NCBI RefSeq assembly: GCF_964213995.1
Contig: NW_027590119.1
Span: 2,480,001 to 2,544,000 of the forward strand
Length of the DNA: 64,000 bases
Reading direction: 5' to 3'
From: Mustelus asterias
Lineage: Eukaryota
The translations under genes were made by a program, and so were the position numbers. Below the pieces are notes generated by a model. The model made no database searches, was not told the origin of the DNA, and saw nothing but the letters and a program-made list of their open reading frames with translations. Of this stretch, positions 58,860 to 64,000 are shown piece after piece; position 1 is the stretch's first letter, and every line of letters begins with the position of its first letter.

Positions 58860-61800
58860 CAGGCCAGTGATCCTCACATCTGTGGTGGGTAAGTTGTTGG
58901 AAGGTATTTTGAGAGACAGTATCTACAGGCATTTCGAGATGCACGGAATAATTAGGGACAGTCAGCGTGGCTTTGTGAGTGGAAAATCATGCCTCACAAA
59001 TTTGATTGACTTTTTTGAAGGGGTAAACAAGAAGGTAGATGAGGGCAGTGCAGTTGATGTTGGCTACATGGACTTAGCAAGGCCTTTTACAAGGTACTGT
59101 ATGGTAGGTTGTGGCATAAGGATATATCTCACGGGATCCCAGGGTGAGGTACCTCAATGGATACAAAATTAGCTTCTTGACAGAAGTCAGAAGGTGGTTG
59201 TAGAGGGTTGTTTTTCAAACTGGAGGACTGTGACCACAGGTGTGCCTCAGGGATACGTGCTGGGTCCACTGTTATTTGTCATTTAAGTTAATAGTTTGGA
59301 TGAGAATATAGGAGGGGCATGGTTCGTAAGTTTGCACATGAGACGAAGATTGGTGGCCGAATGGACAGTGAAGAAAATTATTTCCGTTTGCAACGGGATC
59401 TTGATCAATTGGGCCAGTGGGATGACGAATGGCAGATGGAGTTTAATTTAGACAAATGAGAGGTGATGCATTTTGTTAGATTGAATCAGGGCAGGACTAA
59501 CATAGACATAGAACAGTACAGCACAGTACAGGCCCTTCGGCCCCCGATTTTGGGCCGAGCTTTGTCCGAAACCAAGATCAAGCTCTCCCACTCAGATATC
59601 ACTCTGGTGTGCTCCATGTGCCTATCCAGTAACCGCTTGAAAGTTCCAAAAGTGTCCAACTCCACTATCACAGCAGGCAGTCCATTCCACACCCCAACCA
59701 CTCTCTGAATAAAGAACCTACCTCGGACGTCCGTCCTATACCTCCCACCATGAACCTTATAGTTATGCCCCCGGGTAACAGCTACATCCATCCGAGGAAA
59801 TAGTCTCTGAACGTCCATTCTATCTATCCCCCTCATCATCTTATAAACCTCCATAAAGTCACCTTTCATTTTTCTCCGCTCAAAAGAGAAAAGCGCCAGC
59901 TCCTTCAACCTTTGCTCATAAGACCTATCATCCAAACCAGGCAGTATCCTGGTAAATCTCCTCTGCACTCTCTCCAATGCTTCCACATCCTTCTTATAGT
60001 GAGGTGACCAGAACAGCACACAATATTCCAAATGTGGCCTCACCAAGGTCCTGTACAGTTGCAGCATAACTCCATGGCTCTTAAACTCAAGCCCCCCTGT
60101 TAATAAACGCGAACACACTATAGGCCTTATTCACGGCTCTATCCATTGGAGTAGCAACCTTCAGAGATCTGTGGATATGAACCCCAACAACTCTCTGTTC
60201 CTCCACATTCCTCAGAACCCTGCCGTTGACCCATTAATCTGCATTTCAATTTGTCCTACCAACATGGATCAACTCGCACTTATCAGGGTTCAACTCCATC
60301 TGCCATTTTGCGGCCCAGCTCTGCATCCTATCAATGTCTCTTTGCAGCCTCCAGCAGCCCTCCACTTCATCCACTATTACACCAATCTTGGTGTCATCAG
60401 CAAACTTTCTGACCCACCCCTCAGCCCCCTCCTCCAAGTCATTGATAAATATCACAAATAGCAGAGGAACCAGCACTGATCCCTTTGGCACACCGCTGGT
60501 AACTGGTCGCCAGTCTGAAAACTTTCCATCCACCACCACCCTCTGTCTTCTATGAGATAGCCAATTACTTATCCAATCAGCCAAATTTCCCCCTGTCCCA
60601 CACCTCTTTACATTATTCATGAGCCGACCATGGGGAACCTTATCAAACGCCTTACTAAAATCCATGTATACGCCATCAACTGCTCTACCTTCATCTACAC
60701 ACTTAGTTACCTCCTCAAAGAATTCAATCAAATTTGTGAGGCAAGACTTACCCTTCACGAATCCGTGTTGACTATCCCGGATTAAGCTGCATCTTTCCAA
60801 ATGGTCATAAATCCTATCCTTCAGGACCTTTTCCATTAAGTTACTGACCACCGAAGTAAGAATAACCGTCCTATAATTGCCAGGGTCATTCCTATTTCCT
60901 TCCTTGAACAGAGGAACAACATTCGCCACTCTCCAGTCCTCTGGCACTATCCACGTGGACAGTGAGGACCCTAAGACCAAAGCCAAATACTCTGCAATTT
61001 CATCCCTTGCCTCTCAAAGAATCCAACATGTATCCCATCTGGCCCAGGGGACTTATCGACCCTCAGGTTTTTCAAAATTGCTAATACATCTTCCCTCAGA
61101 ACATCGACCTCCTCCAGTCTGTTAGCCTGTATCACAGTCTCATTCTCAAAAACATGGCCCCTCTTCTTGGTGATCACTGAAGAAAAATATTCATTCATCG
61201 CCTCTCCTCTCTCTTCTGATTCCATGCACAAGTTCCCACCACTATCCTTCAACCAGGCCTAACCTCACCCTGGTCATTCTTTTATTCCTCAAATAAGAGT
61301 AAAAAGACTTCGGGTTTTCGTTGATCCGACCCTCCAAGGACTTCTCATGCCCCGTCCTAGCTCTCCTAAGCCATTTTCTCAGCGCATTCCTTGCTACCTT
61401 ATGACCCTCAAGCGACCCACTGAACCTTGTTTTCTCATCCTTACATACGCTTCCTGTTTCCCCTTGACAAGATATTCAACCTCTTTTGTGAACCATGGTT
61501 CCTTCACTCGGCCATTTCCTCCCTGCCTGACAGGGACATGCCTATCAAGTACACGCAGTACTTGATCCTTGAACAAGCTCCACTTTTCATTTGTGCCTTT
61601 CCCTCACCGTTTCTGTTCCCATCTTATGCTCCCTGATTCTTGCCTCATCGCATCATGATTACCCCTCCCCCAATTATAAACCTTGCCTTGCCATATGGCC
61701 CTATTCCTCTCCATTGCAAAAATGAAAGACACCGAATTGTGGTCACTATCTCCAAAGTGCTCTCCCACAAACAAATCTAACACTTGGCCCGGTTTATTAC

Positions 61801-63135
61801 CCAGTACCAAGTCCAATGTGCCCCCACGTCTTGTCGGCCTTTCCACGTATTGTGTCAGGAAACCGTCCTGCACACAGTCCAAAACTGCCCTACCCGAACG
61901 GTTCGACCTATAAAGTTACCAATCAATATTTGGAAAGTTAAAGCCACCCATGATAACTACCCTGTGACCTCCACACCTATCCATAATCTGCTTTGCAATT
62001 TCTTCCTCCACATTTCTATTACTATTTGGGGGCCTATAGAAAACTCCGAACAACGTGACGGCTCCTTTCCTATTTCTAACTTCAGCCCATATTACCTCTG
62101 GAGGCAGATCCCCCTCGAGCTGCCTTCTGCAGCCGTTAAACTGCCCTTGATTGACGACGCTACTCCTCCACCTCTTTTACCACCTTCCCTAATCTTACAG
62201 AAACATCTATACCCCGGAACGTCCAACAACCATTCCTGTCCCTGTTCTAACCATGTCTCCGGAATGGCCACAACATCGTAGTCCCAAGTACCAATCCACG
62301 CTCCAAGTTCAACTACCTTATTCCGGATGCTCCTTGAATTGAAGTAGACACACTTTAACCCACCTTGCTGTCTGCTGGTACACTCCTGGGACCGTGATAC
62401 CCTCCTCAGTATCTCACAACACTCAACACTGGCTTCCGGACTCGAACTCCATTTCCCACCCCGCTGAAAAATTATTTTAAACCAACCCCCCCCCCACGAA
62501 GACCCGCGGAAAATTTCCCTCCCAGGATATTGGTGTCCCTCTGGTTCAGCTGCAAGCCGTCCTGTTTGTACAGGTCCCACCTTCCTCAGAATGTACTCCA
62601 ATTATCCATGAAACAGAAACCCTCCCTCCCACACCATCCCTGCATCCACTCAGTTTGATAACTGAGCCATAGATTACTCAGTTAGTGGTAGGGCGTTGGG
62701 GGAGAGCACAGAACAAAGAGATCTTGGGGTCCAGGTTCATAGCTCCTGGAAATTGGAGTCACAGGTGGACAGGGTGGTGAAGAAGGCATTTCACATGCTT
62801 GGTTTCAACGGTCAGAACATTGAATACAGGAGTTGGGACGTGTTGCTGAAGTTGTCCAAGACATTGGTGAGGCCACACTTGGAATACCGTATGCAATTCT
62901 TGTCACCCTATTGTAGAAAGGATATTATTAAACTCGGAAGAGTGCAGAAAAGATTTACCAGAATGCTGCAGGGTCTTGATGGTTTGAGTTATTGGGGCCT
63001 CCAGGCGAATACATGAATATGATGTGGATGAAAAGATCAGTTTTAGTTTATGCAGGCATCATGATCGGCGCAGGCTTGGAGTGCCAAACGGCCTGTTCCT
63101 GTGTCGTCCTGCTCTTTTCTCTTTGATTTGTTCTT
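58860..63135 (+). mobile_element. CR1 (58860-59498 and ~62672-63135) split by an antisense CR1
   Basis: YRPVILTSVVGK...cagggcaggact continues after the insert as tactcagttagtggtagggcgttgggg, then EQRDLGVQVH. Confidence 0.85.
59499..62650 (-). mobile_element. Long CR1 (ORF1 end, endonuclease, RT, tail), frameshifted
   Basis: ORFs 59486-62601 with YFNSRSIRNK, SDHNS, DFSKAFDKVPH and FADDTK. Confidence 0.93.
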
Positions 63136-63139
63136 TGAG

Positions 63140-64000
63140 CTGTCCGCGGTTGATTGGGAGAGAAGCCGAGCAGGAAAAATGGTGGAGTAGCAAAGACAGG
63201 AGTTTCTGGGCGTAATTCGGGAGACACAGCAAAATTTCATGCCAAGAAGAAGCACACTCAGGGAAGGACGAGGCATCCATGGCTGAGGAGGGAAGTCAAG
63301 GACAGCATAAAAGCAACAGAAAAAACATATCATGTCGCAAAGACTAGTGGGAAGCCAGCGGAGTGGAAATCCTTTAAAGACCAACAGAGGAAAACGAAAC
63401 GAAACAAGGAGGGAGAAGATACAGTCTGAGTGTGTGCGAGCCCGTAATATAAAATAAGTTTGATAGATTTTCTTCAGATACAGAAAGGGAAATGGAGAGA
63501 CAAGTGTGGACATTGGACCACTGGAAATGACGCTGGAGAAGCAGTAATGGGGGACAAAAAAATAGCGGAGGAATCGATTAGGTTAACTTGCAAGTTAATT
63601 TGGTATTTAGAAAGACAAATGCAACATTGGTATTCATTTCGAGAGGACCAGAGTACAAAAGCAGGGGTGTACTGCCAAGGCTTTATAAGACTATGGTCAG
63701 ACCACATTTGGAATATGTGAGCAATTATGTACCCCGTTTCGAAGGAAGGATGTGCTGGTCTTGGAGATGGTCCAGAGGATGTTCACGAGAAATATCCCAG
63801 TATTGAAAGGCCCGACGTTTGAGGAGAATTTGAGGGCTCTGCATCTGTATTTGATGGAGCTTCGAAGGATGGCGGGTGGGGAGTGGTTTCGAATTGAAAC
63901 TTACTGAATACTGAAAAGCCTTTATTAGAGAGTAAGTGCGAAAGATAATTATATCTGTAGGAGAGACTAGGAACCGAGGGCAGAAACTCAGAGTGAAGGG
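63140..64000 (+). mobile_element. Degenerate CR1 fragments
   Basis: HPWLRREVKDSIK and LYKTMVRPHLEY. Confidence 0.8.

Overview
Eukaryotic, repeat-rich vertebrate DNA. The repeat families (CR1 LINEs with (GTTCTAT)n or (TATGTTCT)n tails, V-SINE/HE1-like and Deu-type SINEs, Penelope-like fold-backs, Rex1/Babar) and the gene types point to a cartilaginous fish (shark). Left to right: (1) ~0.5-13.9 kb, a decaying tandem array of ~1.08-kb units, each carrying a minus-strand tRNA-Val (CAC or AAC) gene or pseudogene; one copy is split by a 5'-truncated Tx1-type retrotransposon with an exact 15-bp TSD and another by a CR1. (2) A solitary, open T-cell-receptor alpha/delta-type V exon with a 23-bp-spacer RSS at 14.4-14.7 kb. 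(3) A C2H2 zinc-finger pseudogene, minisatellites, Penelope-like palindromes with hammerhead-like cores and a YY1/NRF1-type promoter. (4) A nearly intact CR1 and Gypsy remnants. (5) A two-exon GPR139/GPR142-like class A GPCR (381 aa, minus strand) whose 23.4-kb intron holds a 41-bp satellite with higher-order structure and nested CR1 insertions. (6) More nested CR1s. Most ORFs in the six-frame track are by-products of repeats. Family names come from recalled motifs rather than database searches, and TE boundaries are approximate unless a TSD is given.
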